64,000 nt of DNA from an uncultured Phycisphaerales bacterium (GTDB lineage Bacteria > Planctomycetota > Phycisphaerae > Tepidisphaerales > Tepidisphaeraceae): assembly GCA_963758525.1 (NCBI GenBank), contig CAVWVQ010000003.1, positions 4,672,001 to 4,736,000 on the forward strand, written 5' to 3'. Below, piece by piece: positions 52,381 through 61,598 of this stretch (its first letter is position 1; every line of letters begins with the position of its first letter). The notes under the pieces are model-generated. The model ran no database searches and was not told the origin of the DNA. It was given only the letters and a program-made list of their open reading frames with translations. The position numbers and the translations under genes are program-made.

Positions 52381-52659
52381 CTACACCTTGCCGATTGGGA
52401 CCCCGCACCTCGGACAGACGTGGTGCCAGCCACCCGAGTACCCCCGGCGTTGCGCACGACCGCGAAAATCGCAGTGGACGTTTGGACAGATAAAGTTTGG
52501 TCCCGGCAGCAGGTAACTCCCAATAGCCAGACAGGCAAAGCCTGCCAGCAACACTGCACAATTGAATACCACGTGGTCCATTGAGGGGTTGTTGCCAAGG
52601 GCCCAAATTGCGAACCCGCCCAGCAAGACGCCAATCGCGATCAGTATCATTGACTTCAT
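52381..52659 (-). CDS. Two-TM protein with C-terminal zinc ribbon (moron-like)
   Basis: Hydrophobic N half; CPNVHC..CPRCG. Confidence 0.65.
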   Translation of the reverse strand: MKSMILIAIGVLLGGFAIWALGNNPSMDHVVFNCAVLLAGFACLAIGSYLLPGPNFICPNVHCDFRGRAQRRGYSGGWHHVCPRCGVPIGKV

Positions 52660-52757
52660 CCCCTCAGCTTACCGCCGGCACTAACCCCCGCAATGACCGT
52701 GGCCGATAGAGAACCCGACCTTACCCGCCGTTCGCCCGGCGCTCCTGGAGCATTGCA

Positions 52758-53189
52758 ATGAGCATCACCTACGCGACGGCACAGCGGTACATCGATATCA
52801 CGAGCTGTGCTCTGGGCGCGACCCTCGGCATCAACACGGTCAAGGAGATCAAATACAAGATCAAGACCAAGATGATCAAAGGGTCTGGGGATGCGGACAA
52901 GACGCTCAGCTTCCAGGCCAAGGGGATGGCGGAGGTTGACGGCTCGGCAACCATCGACGACGTCGTGCAGGCTGAGGCGCTACTGGGCCAAGCGGCCGCA
53001 GATCTTGTCTTCACGGGATTGAACCCCGCCACCGGCAAAGTGCTGACTGTCACGGTCAAAAATTGCCAGTTCTTCGACATGGACGGCACGGCCAAACACG
53101 ACGATCTGCACGGCACGTCCGTCACCTTCAGCGGCTTCCTCGTCGGCGGATCGGGCGGCACCGCGATCGTCACCACCGCATCGGCGTAA
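52758..53189 (+). CDS. Putative tail tube protein
   Basis: 143 aa, beta-rich, GGAG upstream; function inferred from size and context. Confidence 0.5.
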   Translation: MSITYATAQRYIDITSCALGATLGINTVKEIKYKIKTKMIKGSGDADKTLSFQAKGMAEVDGSATIDDVVQAEALLGQAAADLVFTGLNPATGKVLTVTVKNCQFFDMDGTAKHDDLHGTSVTFSGFLVGGSGGTAIVTTASA

Positions 53190-53212
53190 TCTTTTTGATT
53201 CCGAGCCCAGCC

Positions 53213-53899
53213 ATGGGCATCAAATCAGACGACATCGAGCGCCTGCAGGCCAAGTTCGCCGGCTTCTTCGCCGGCATGGCCGAGGATCTGGAGCACGTGG
53301 GCACGATCGGCGCCGAGGCGATCGTTCAGACCACACTGGCAGGCATCGGCGAAGATGACCAGCCGTTTGCGCCCTACAGCCAGCAGTATGCCGCATTGCT
53401 CGCATCCGTCGGAGGCAAACAGCGCGGCGTTGTCGACCTGCGCGGCATCTTCCTCCACGACGATCAAACGCTGGAGCCCAAACGCAAGTTGAAGGGTGAG
53501 CAGCTTGCGAAGTGGAAGGAGAACCGCCGCCGCCAGGGGGCATTCCGTCAGGCCTACGTCCGCGTCACCGTCGGCGGCCGCACGTTCATTGCCCGCACCA
53601 AACAAACCCGCCCGCAGGTGGGCCCGACCGATCCGCTCTCCGAAATGTCCCTCGATCTGATCTCGGTGAAGGCGACGGATTCCAAGCTGACGATCATGTA
53701 CACCCCGCGCAGCAAGGAGTACATGATCTATCACCAGCACGGCGAAGGGAAGAACCCCCAGCGACTCTGGTTCACGGCCCGCAAGGCCGCGGTGGAACGG
53801 GCGATGATCAACGCCCTGAAGCTCTGCATCAAAGCCCGCGTCCAGTGGTTTAACGATCACAACAGCGGCGGCACACCGCCGACAGGAGCCAATGTCTGA
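53213..53899 (+). CDS. Putative neck/virion morphogenesis protein
   Basis: PFAPYSQQY, VDLRG, YHQHGEGKNPQRLWF. Confidence 0.6.
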   Translation: MGIKSDDIERLQAKFAGFFAGMAEDLEHVGTIGAEAIVQTTLAGIGEDDQPFAPYSQQYAALLASVGGKQRGVVDLRGIFLHDDQTLEPKRKLKGEQLAKWKENRRRQGAFRQAYVRVTVGGRTFIARTKQTRPQVGPTDPLSEMSLDLISVKATDSKLTIMYTPRSKEYMIYHQHGEGKNPQRLWFTARKAAVERAMINALKLCIKARVQWFNDHNSGGTPPTGANV

Positions 53900-54392
53900 C
53901 ACCATTCAATCCAACCTGGTGAGCGTCCTGGCGGCGATGACCGGCTCCGCTCCCGGCGGCAAAGCGTTCGCGAGCGTTCAGGTCGTGGAGGATCTGGCGG
54001 CACTGGAGCGGATCGCCGGCTTGTTCGCATTCCCGGTCTGCGGGGTGATCGCCAAGGTCGCCGAGTGGGGCAACGCGACGGACAACGCGGAGGATCACGT
54101 CGAGCGGCTGGAGTTCGTCGTGGCGATCAAGATGGCCGTGCGGCGGGCGGTGCAGGAGGATGACACCACGGTGATCAACGGCCTGACGGCGATGGCAGAG
54201 GCGTGCCGGGCGCGTGTGCTGAGCGACACCACCCGCGGCGGCCTGGCATCACCGATTCGCTTCAACGGCCGCTTCATGCGTGACACGGATTTGCGGGGAC
54301 CGACAAAGATCGACGCGCCCAAGAAGGGGCATCAGTTTTATACCGCGACGTTCCCGGTGGTCTGCGGTCTGCGCGTCGAGCGGGTCTTCTGA
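53892..54392 (+). CDS. Putative tail terminator protein
   Basis: 166 aa, AGGAG upstream, overlaps the neck gene; DTTRGGLA. Confidence 0.5.
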   Translation: MSDTIQSNLVSVLAAMTGSAPGGKAFASVQVVEDLAALERIAGLFAFPVCGVIAKVAEWGNATDNAEDHVERLEFVVAIKMAVRRAVQEDDTTVINGLTAMAEACRARVLSDTTRGGLASPIRFNGRFMRDTDLRGPTKIDAPKKGHQFYTATFPVVCGLRVERVF

Positions 54393-54393
54393 T

Positions 54394-55184
54394 TCATCCG
54401 CGATTGAACGATCCGCTTCCCACCCCGAAAGTCGCGTCCTCGGTCTTCTGAGCCTCAGCCTCGAGGAGGTTGGCTTCCTTAATCGTCCCCATCAGCATCA
54501 CATACCGCTGCATCGCCTGCTCGGCGATCAGCCGCGGCTCCTCCAGGTGCTCGGATTGCTGGCACGCCTTGGCCTTAGTTAGCGCCGCGCACGCCTCACG
54601 CAGGACCCCCACGCCGGTGATGTCGCGAAGATCCGGCAGGTCCGGACCGCGCTGCCCCGGCACGAAGCCGGCGATGCCCGCCTTGCCGGTAAACAGATCC
54701 GGCACGGCCGCCGGCAGGTCGGCGCCCATGATCTGACGCATGCTCATCGCGTGGATCGACGCCAGGCCATAGATGCTGTCGTACCCTCCGAGCCGGGCTG
54801 CCTCGCTCTGGCTGATCAGCACATCCAAATCCACCGCGAACGCGGGGATAACTACGGCGTCGGTGTCGTCCTGCGTGTAGCTGTTGACGTACGCGATACC
54901 CGAGAGTGCCACGCCCGCCTCAGTCAACGCTGCGCCGCGCCGGTGAGATAGACCACGCCGCTGATGCCCGTCGCAGTTCCCTGCAGGACCGGCTGCGTGC
55001 GTGCGGCATCGGAGTAAAGCGTCAGTTGGACGTTGCCCCCGACGTTCTGGATCGACAGATAGAGCGTGCCGCTGTCACTGAGCGTATCGCCGTGGATGGT
55101 GGGCAGCCCGTCGATCGACGTCATGCGCACGTCGGCGAAGAGGCGGTTGTTCAAGACCGGGATGTAGCGGAATGAGGGGATCAT
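54394..55184 (-). CDS. Putative head-tail connector region protein, probably one gene frameshifted near 54930
   Basis: ORFs 54924..55184 and 54394..54927 abut. Confidence 0.45.
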
Positions 55185-55258
55185 GGCGCTGGTTTAATCC
55201 GAGTCTGGCGACCGACGGCACTCCGCAGCGTCGCCGGCGCCAGCTCGGTCGCCGTTCG

Positions 55259-55834
55259 TTACTTGGCTGCTTCTGCCGCCCGGATCTGCTTCACGGTCGC
55301 CGGGCCGATGCCCTCGATCTTGAGCAGTTCCGCGTCGGTCTTGCCGAGCAACTCGCTCAGTGGTCTGCCTGCGAATTTCGGTTCCTCGGGATTCAGGTCA
55401 AGCGTGAGATCGGTATCTTCCTCACGCCCCGCCTCACCCTCCGTGCCTTCCCCGGTTTTCTCCGCGCTTGCCCCAACGCTCTTCACCGGCGGCAGCGGCT
55501 TCACCTTCGCCGGCACGTGTTTCAGATGGGATGCGTTGATCCCTTCGTTCTCCAGCGCCGCCTTGATTGCCGCGATCTGCGTCGGCGCGAGCCCCTGACG
55601 CTGGAGCTGCTCGAGCGTCTGTCCGCTGTAGGTGCTCAACGGCTTGCCGGTTTCGGGCAGGATACGCGTCCACACTGGCTCGCGGGTCTGCTGGGAGAGG
55701 ATGACGTGATCCAGCATCGTTTTGCCATCGAATTGGTCTGGCATGGAAGCGAGCAGGACACTCATCGCGTCGGCCAGAAAGCGTTCGTGGGGCCGGGCAG
55801 TCTTGAAGAGCTGGTCCAGGCGTGGATCAAACAT
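55259..55834 (-). CDS. Hypothetical protein with C-terminal helix-hairpin-helix
   Basis: ELLKIEGIGPATVKQI; AGGAG upstream. Confidence 0.7.
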   Translation of the reverse strand: MFDPRLDQLFKTARPHERFLADAMSVLLASMPDQFDGKTMLDHVILSQQTREPVWTRILPETGKPLSTYSGQTLEQLQRQGLAPTQIAAIKAALENEGINASHLKHVPAKVKPLPPVKSVGASAEKTGEGTEGEAGREEDTDLTLDLNPEEPKFAGRPLSELLGKTDAELLKIEGIGPATVKQIRAAEAAK

Positions 55835-55847
55835 CGGCGATCTCCTC

Positions 55848-55896
55848 AAAAAAGACGCCGGCGGAGAGCAGTCAAGGAGAGTCTCTCCGCCGACGT
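55848..55896 (-). terminator. Intrinsic terminator after the capsid-like gene
   Basis: ACGTCGGCGGAGAG / CTCTCCGCCGGCGT stem then CTTTTTT. Confidence 0.65.
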
Positions 55897-55906
55897 TCTA
55901 TTGCGG

Positions 55907-56845
55907 TTACGTCAGCGACGGAGCGGTGTAGCTGCCGTTGGTCGTGATCTGCATCACGACGCCATTAGTGCGGTTGCGGGCGCCGATCCCGAAGATCCGG
56001 CGCCAGTGCTTGCCGAGCAGCGGGTTGGTTTGCACGTCCACCGGCTTGTTGTCCGGCGTGGCCAACTGCAGCCCGCGCTCATCCGCCATATCGCTTTCGC
56101 GCCAGCGGAGCGGCGGTTCTTTGGTGCGGTCGAAGGCGCCAATGTAGCCCTGCGGCCAATGCGGGAATTCCACCAGCTCGCCCAGGGCGCTGAGGATGCG
56201 ACCGCGCGTCCGAATGCCGGTGCCGAGCATCCCGTATTGGCTGGGGTTGGCGTACTTCCCGAAGAGGTCCTGGGAGAGCTGCGTATTGAGGATCTCCACG
56301 GGCGGGACAAAGTCCGTGCCGGCGGTGAAGTTGCTGGCGATGTAGTCGGCATCGGCGCGGTTCACGATGTAGATGATGTCGGCATCGTTGCCCACGTTGC
56401 GCAGCGTTGAACGAATGGTCGCGAAGTTCGCGGCGGTCGGCTGGCTGGTGCCGCTCACCAGATAGTGATTCAGCGACGCCAGGAGGATTTCCTGGCCGTA
56501 TGCCCAGACCGATCCAACGCTGCCGTCGGCATTGGCCAGGCGGGTGACGTTGACCGGTGCGAGGTTGGGCACGCCCGTCAGCGCTGTCGCGTTCATGCCG
56601 GGCCATTTGGTGTCGTCGAACGTGAAATTGACGTTGTTGAGCAGACCATTGAGCAGCTCGACGATCACCGTCTCGATGTCCGCAAGCGTCGCCTGCAGGA
56701 TGGTCGTCGCGAGATCGATGAACTTGGCCCGCTTGAGCCAGGCGTACTCGTAGATCTGCTTGTCGCCGAAGGCGTAGATCGGGAAACCCACATACCAGCG
56801 CTGCCCGGCCCGCGTCGCTTCGACGCTGCCGCGGGTAGCCAGCTT
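55907..56845 (-). pseudogene. Putative major capsid protein, 5'-truncated
   Basis: Frame is open back to [22 protein letters not shown] and meets a TAG at the junction; ends RNRTNGVVMQITTNGSYTAP; followed by a terminator. Confidence 0.6.
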
Positions 56846-56846
56846 C

Positions 56847-57320
56847 TACCTGAGCGACGCGAACCTGATCCGCGCGAACCTGAGCGACGCGAACCTGATC
56901 CGCGCGAACCTGAGCGACGCGAACCTGATCCGCGCGAACCTGAGCGACGCGAACCTGATCCGCGCGAACCTGAGCGACGCGGACCTGGAACCCATCCGAT
57001 TGGATTTCGTCGCCGTTCTTGACGCTGCTCCCGGAGAAGTCACCGGTCTGAGGCAGGCGTTGATTGAAGGGAAAATCGACGGCAGCGCCTACGAGGGCGA
57101 GTGTGCCTGCCTCGTCGGAACCATCGCCAATGTGAAGCATTGCAATTATCAGGAGCTCCCCGGTCTGGCACCAGATTCGTCGCGTCCGGCCGAGCGTTTT
57201 TTCCTGGCGATCAGCGTTGGCGACACACCGGAGAAGAGTCAGTTCGCGTCGCTGGCCGTGCAGTGGATCGATGAATGGACAACTCGGCAGCCGGTGAAAG
57301 TCGAAGGAGCCCCGCTGTGA
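56847..57320 (+). pseudogene. Pentapeptide-repeat protein, 5'-truncated
   Basis: Y([10 protein letters not shown])x4 LSDADL then [29 protein letters not shown]; no start codon in frame between 56754 and 57000. Confidence 0.8.
56850..56981 (+). repeat. 30-bp perfect tandem repeat, 4.4 copies
   Basis: CTGAGCGACGCGAACCTGATCCGCGCGAAC. Confidence 0.95.
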
Positions 57321-57532
57321 GCTCGACCGATTTCGACATCCACAAGGACCTTCGGCGCGAGTACGCCGGCTTGGCGATGCAGGCGCTGCTGTCGGCCTGG
57401 CAACGGACTCCGCGCGATTCGCCCGCATGCAGGACTCGGCGCGGATGCGCATCGACGTGGGGGTCGTGGCCGAAAACGCATTCGATACAGCCGACGCGTT
57501 CCGGGGAGACGGCAAACGGAGAATCGTTATGA
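57317..57532 (+). CDS. Small phage protein, probably frameshifted
   Basis: [14 protein letters not shown] in one frame, [12 protein letters not shown] in another. Confidence 0.5.
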   Translation: MSSTDFDIHKDLRREYAGLAMQALLSAWQRTPRDSPACRTRRGCASTWGSWPKTHSIQPTRSGETANGESL

Positions 57533-58842
57533 CTGACGTGATCGAAACAGGACTCGCACGCCGCACCACTGAACTGGCGCCGATGCAAGAGTACATCGGC
57601 CCGGTGATGACCGTCGACCAGGCGATCGCCAGGTACAACGTCGTCGCCGATTTCACGAGGCGCGTGCTGCGTGAGGGGATGGACTACGGCACGATTCCTG
57701 GCACCGCGAAGCCGTCGAAAGACGGCGTTCCTTCGAGCAAGAACAACACGCTGCTGAAGGCCGGCGCAGAGAAACTGTGCACACTGTTCGGACTGGTCCC
57801 CGATTTCGAGGATTACCGGATCGTCGAGGACTGGAGCGCCGGTCTGTTTTACTACGCGTTCCGCTGCAAGCTCTCCCGGCACGGACAGCTCATCGCCTCG
57901 GCGATCGGAAGCGCCAACTCGCGCGAGAAGAAGTATCGGAGGGCAGCGCGGGTCTGTCCGGACTGCGGCGCATCGACCATTAAGAAGAGCAAATATCCAC
58001 CCAAGCACAAGCCACAGGCCGAGCCGGGTTGGTATTGCGAGGATAAATCTGGTGGCTGCGGGCGCAACTTCGAGGCTGCGGATCCCAAGATCGTCGATCA
58101 GAAGACAGTTGCGGATCCAAGCGATGCCTGCGACCAGATCAACACCTTGCAAAAGATGGCCCAGAAGCGGGCGCTCGTGGCGGCGGCCCTGATCGCGACG
58201 AACGCCAGCGAGTTCTTCACCCAGGACGTCGAGGATATGGCGATCGTCGAGCAGCCAGATCCGCCGCGGGGCAACGCCCCACAGGACCGACAGAATCAGC
58301 AGCAGAACCAGGGACAAAAGAATCAGCAGCAGGAAGAGCAGCAACCCGACCTGAATGACGACGCGATCTTCATGCAGGAAGCTATCAAGCATCTGATGGC
58401 GCGTGGATTCACCCAAGAAGGCGCTGAGGAGGCGATCCTTGCGACCATCGATAAGGCCAAAAAGCCGCTCGCTGAACTGGCGATCAGTTGGCGCCGCGGC
58501 GTGATCAACGCTGCATGGTCGGGCAAGTTCGACAAGGGGTTGCACAAAGAGACGCCGGCTGCCGACGCTACTGCGCCGACTCCGGAAGATCCAACCACCG
58601 CGCTTGTCGAGCTGCCATGGGAGGAGTTCCTCGCCAAATGGTATTCGATGATCGAGGACAAATGCGGCCGCGCTGACTTCAACGGCGGGGTCGGTGCCGC
58701 CGCGCTGAAGCTCGGCAAGAAGGGCAAAGAGGCGTCCATCAGCAGGGAGATGCGCAAGCGGTGGGTGGAGGCGTCGCTGGACGATCGATTCGATTTTCTG
58801 ACGGGCACCGTGCATCAGGAAGCAGCGGCGCCGGTCTCGTGA
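57529..58842 (+). CDS. Putative phage single-strand annealing/recombination protein
   Basis: DYGTIPG, TLLKAGAEKL, GSANSRE, NTLQKMAQKRALV, FTQDVED; internal CPDC. Confidence 0.65.
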   Translation: MTDVIETGLARRTTELAPMQEYIGPVMTVDQAIARYNVVADFTRRVLREGMDYGTIPGTAKPSKDGVPSSKNNTLLKAGAEKLCTLFGLVPDFEDYRIVEDWSAGLFYYAFRCKLSRHGQLIASAIGSANSREKKYRRAARVCPDCGASTIKKSKYPPKHKPQAEPGWYCEDKSGGCGRNFEAADPKIVDQKTVADPSDACDQINTLQKMAQKRALVAAALIATNASEFFTQDVEDMAIVEQPDPPRGNAPQDRQNQQQNQGQKNQQQEEQQPDLNDDAIFMQEAIKHLMARGFTQEGAEEAILATIDKAKKPLAELAISWRRGVINAAWSGKFDKGLHKETPAADATAPTPEDPTTALVELPWEEFLAKWYSMIEDKCGRADFNGGVGAAALKLGKKGKEASISREMRKRWVEASLDDRFDFLTGTVHQEAAAPVS

Positions 58843-58915
58843 TTCACTTGTTTTCCTGATCGCCTGTGCGCTTCGACGGGAGCGCGCCGGGCTTCAAGAC
58901 AGGAAAGGAGTCAGC

Positions 58916-59335
58916 ATGTCTGATCAGCAACAGGAAAAACAGGAGTTCTGGGCGATCGTCGAGGTGATGGGCCACAAGCAGCTCGCTGGCTACGTCACCG
59001 AGCAGACCTTCGGCGGCGCATCATTCGTTCGCGTCGATTCACCCGAGGTGGAAGTGCCGATACCGCGCTACGCGCAGGTCGAGGGAGAGCCGACTACCAA
59101 AATCCTCCCAAAGTTCACCAAGCTGCTGGGCGCGGCGTCGATCTATGGAATCACACCATGCACAGAAGAAGTGGCTCGACGCGCCGTAGCGGCATTTCAG
59201 GCGCGGCCGGTGGACACGCTCGATCTCACGCGGCCAGCGTTGCCGGCGCCTAAGGCAGCCGATCCGAGTGATCTGACTGAAGATGAGTTGGATGCGGCGC
59301 TGAACGATGAAAGCGCAATCGAAGGGGGCTTCTAA
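58916..59335 (+). CDS. Conserved phage hypothetical protein
   Basis: WAIVEVMGHKQLAG, FVRVD, SIYGITPCTEE; AGGAG upstream. Confidence 0.75.
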   Translation: MSDQQQEKQEFWAIVEVMGHKQLAGYVTEQTFGGASFVRVDSPEVEVPIPRYAQVEGEPTTKILPKFTKLLGAASIYGITPCTEEVARRAVAAFQARPVDTLDLTRPALPAPKAADPSDLTEDELDAALNDESAIEGGF

Positions 59336-59354
59336 CACTCGAGGAGCTTTTCCA

Positions 59355-59531
59355 ATGAAAAGCCAGGGCGATCTGCGCAACATGATCGGCGAGCTGCTGG
59401 ATCTGGAAGAGGGGCTCAACGGCTGGGAGCTGCAGTTTATCGAGGACATGGATAAGCGCCGCCAGAATTACAGCCCTGGCCAGGCATCGAAGATCGAGCA
59501 GATTTGGGACGAGCGGATTGGGAACAAGTGA
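59355..59531 (+). CDS. Small phage hypothetical protein
   Basis: LNGWELQFIEDM..IEQIW; GAGGAG upstream. Confidence 0.65.
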   Translation: MKSQGDLRNMIGELLDLEEGLNGWELQFIEDMDKRRQNYSPGQASKIEQIWDERIGNK

Positions 59532-59749
59532 TGATGCAGGCCGTGGAACAAGCCGACCGACTCCTCACCGATCGACAGGTAGGTGAGCTTTATGGCGTCA
59601 CGCGCTTCACTGTGTGGCACTGGGCGCGGGCGGGCCGGATTCCGGGCCCGATCGTCAACCGCACGCGATTTGCGCGCTGGTCGCACCTGCAGATCCAGGA
59701 GTCGATCAGGGCGCTGCGTGAAGCCGAGCGTCAGGAGGCGTCTTCGTGA
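59531..59749 (+). CDS. Excisionase/AlpA-like HTH protein
   Basis: LLTDRQVGELYGVTRFTVWHWARAGRIPGP; GTGA overlap with the integrase. Confidence 0.85.
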   Translation: MMQAVEQADRLLTDRQVGELYGVTRFTVWHWARAGRIPGPIVNRTRFARWSHLQIQESIRALREAERQEASS

Positions 59750-60939
59750 GCATCTATCGCCGCAAATCCGCCAATGGGAAGCCGTCTCGGTTCTACACCG
59801 CCGAATTCTGGTACCGCGGCCACCTCCATCGGCAGGGGGGGTTCGTCGACCGTGATTCCGCGAAACATTGGATGATGAGCGAGTCGCTCAAGTTGCGGCG
59901 CGGCTCCAGTGGCTACATCAAGCCGCTGTTCAAGGCTCTGGTAATGCCTCTGATTGAGCAGTTTTCCGACCGGTTGCGGGAACGCGATCGCGACGAGATG
60001 TACGCCTACACGGCCGAGCGCCGGCTCAATCGCCTCGCCGCAGAGTGCGCATGGGTGACCTTGGGCGACGTGACGCAGAGCAGTCTCGATCGATGGGCGT
60101 CGGGAGAAAGCACTTGGCGCGGGAAGCCGATCGGGGGACGCACGAAAAATCAGTACATCGACATCGCGGTGCAGTGGGGGAAGTGGCTGGCATCGCCACG
60201 CGTCGCGAAGTTGTCATCCAATCCATTCTCCGGCACCGAACACGTCGCCGCCAAACACAACAATCTGTACCGCCGCTCCGGGACGCTGGAGGAGCTGAAC
60301 AAGTTGCTGTCCACATGCGCGGCATCACGCAGGCTCTATTACGTGTTCCGGATCTATTCGCCGCTTCGTGCCAAGACGATCGGCCGGCTGACCTGGGACA
60401 TGCTCCACCTCAACGCCGCGCCGCCTTTTGCCAAGACGCCGGCGGAGTGGAACAAGAGCAAACGCGAGGAGAAGCACACCCTGCGCTACGACGTGGCCCA
60501 GCAGCTCCGCACAGCCAGGCGCAAGGCGAAGGCAGAGGATCTGGTGTTCCCAGACGCGCCGACCCTCGAAGATTTCCGCGCCGATCTCAAGGCGGCCGGG
60601 GTGGCGATCGACGATGGCAAGGGCAATCGCCGCCTCGACTATCACGCCTTGCGCCGGACGCTGGTCAGGATCGCCAAGGGCGCCGGCCTATCGATCGACC
60701 AGGCGTCTCTGCTCCTCGGTCACCGAGATCCACGCACGACGCGGAAATATTACGACGAAGATCAGGTGTCACCGGATCTAGGCGCCGCCGTCGAGAAGCT
60801 CCCGACACTGGGCGCTGTCAGGAGGCGCAATGATCTTCATCCAGACCGCGGGCACGATCATCAATGTCTCGAAGCTGACGATGCTCGACATCGCCGCTGG
60901 GCGCCAAGTCGTCGCTCATTTTGTGGGGGGGCTCGGTAA
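59746..60939 (+). CDS. Tyrosine integrase (true stop probably at 60833 if one base is missing near 60825)
   Basis: SPLR, YHALRRT, LLGHRD, TTRKYY; adjacent to attR. Confidence 0.92.
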   Translation: MSIYRRKSANGKPSRFYTAEFWYRGHLHRQGGFVDRDSAKHWMMSESLKLRRGSSGYIKPLFKALVMPLIEQFSDRLRERDRDEMYAYTAERRLNRLAAECAWVTLGDVTQSSLDRWASGESTWRGKPIGGRTKNQYIDIAVQWGKWLASPRVAKLSSNPFSGTEHVAAKHNNLYRRSGTLEELNKLLSTCAASRRLYYVFRIYSPLRAKTIGRLTWDMLHLNAAPPFAKTPAEWNKSKREEKHTLRYDVAQQLRTARRKAKAEDLVFPDAPTLEDFRADLKAAGVAIDDGKGNRRLDYHALRRTLVRIAKGAGLSIDQASLLLGHRDPRTTRKYYDEDQVSPDLGAAVEKLPTLGAVRRRNDLHPDRGHDHQCLEADDARHRRWAPSRRSFCGGAR

Positions 60940-61067
60940 AGCTCTGCCGCAAGGATGCCATCCAACTCACAGAGGCGATGGGAGATTTGGCCAGGCGAAA
61001 GCTGATTGTCGCCCAACACGCTCCGGCGCTCCCCAAGTGGGCGAGCGAGAAGCGGAGGGCACAATGA
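60830..61067 (+). CDS. Small phage protein after int, probable extra G in a G run near 60930
   Basis: AGGAGG upstream; MIFIQTAG..HFVGG then SVKLCRKDAIQL..KRRAQ* in the shifted frame. Confidence 0.45.
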
Positions 61068-61130
61068 GAGGTCCCACCACTTCCGTACACAATCGCGCTC
61101 CACAGCAGGGGAAAACAGCGGTTTCTGATC

Positions 61131-61153
61131 AGGTTCGAATCCTAGTACCCCAG
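61131..61153 (+). repeat. attR core (23 bp)
   Basis: Exact copy of the tRNA-Gln 3' end. Confidence 0.95.
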
Positions 61154-61323
61154 CTTGTTGGCCCCTTTATTTTCCCTGCATCTTCTATGAGGCGCTCGGA
61201 CCATCCGACGATTTGGTAAGGAAACCCCGTCGCTTGAGGTTTGCATCTGCCGCAGGTTCAGATAGACGAGAAGATCTTCAAAGCCGCGGAGCCGCGGGCA
61301 GCAGAGGACGGTTATTCAACCCC

Positions 61324-61521
61324 ATGCTCGTGCATGATCTGACGGAAGATGGTATCGGCGAGACCCCCAATCTGGATCATCTGTTCACGCCGGAGCGGCT
61401 CGCGGAGATCGACGAGGCGGCGGCCGATGTCGAAGCAGGGAACTATTTCACTGCCGAGCAGGTCCGGGAACACTTCAAGCAGAAGCGAGAAGCATGGATC
61501 CAGAAAAACGGCGAACGTTGA
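61324..61521 (+). CDS. Putative type II antitoxin (possibly partial)
   Basis: RLAEIDEAAADVEAGNYFTAEQV; overlaps a toxin remnant. Confidence 0.5.
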   Translation: MLVHDLTEDGIGETPNLDHLFTPERLAEIDEAAADVEAGNYFTAEQVREHFKQKREAWIQKNGER

Positions 61522-61580
61522 CTGTCGTCTATGCGACCAAGGCCATCAAGTAACTCGACGACATCTGGACTGGACGATAG
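61494..61580 (+). pseudogene. RelE/ParE-like toxin remnant
   Basis: MDPEKRRTLTVVYATKAIK*LDDIW, internal TAA then truncation. Confidence 0.45.
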
Positions 61581-61598
61581 GTAAGAAATCCGGCGCAC

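Larger units (their letters stand above)
21061..61153. mobile_element. ~40 kb tailed-phage prophage in tRNA-Gln, probably defective or with an assembly gap
   Basis: att duplication, tyrosine integrase and xis near attR, replication, tail and capsid-like genes; no terminase or portal recognised. Confidence 0.93.

Noticed and set aside
56846..56848. TAG read-through or recoding extending the capsid gene
   Set aside because: Upstream of the TAG is only antisense pentapeptide repeat, and the tRNA anticodon is CTG, not a suppressor.
56850..56981. Possible CRISPR or iteron array
   Set aside because: No spacers; the unit encodes two pentapeptide repeats in frame with the downstream domain.
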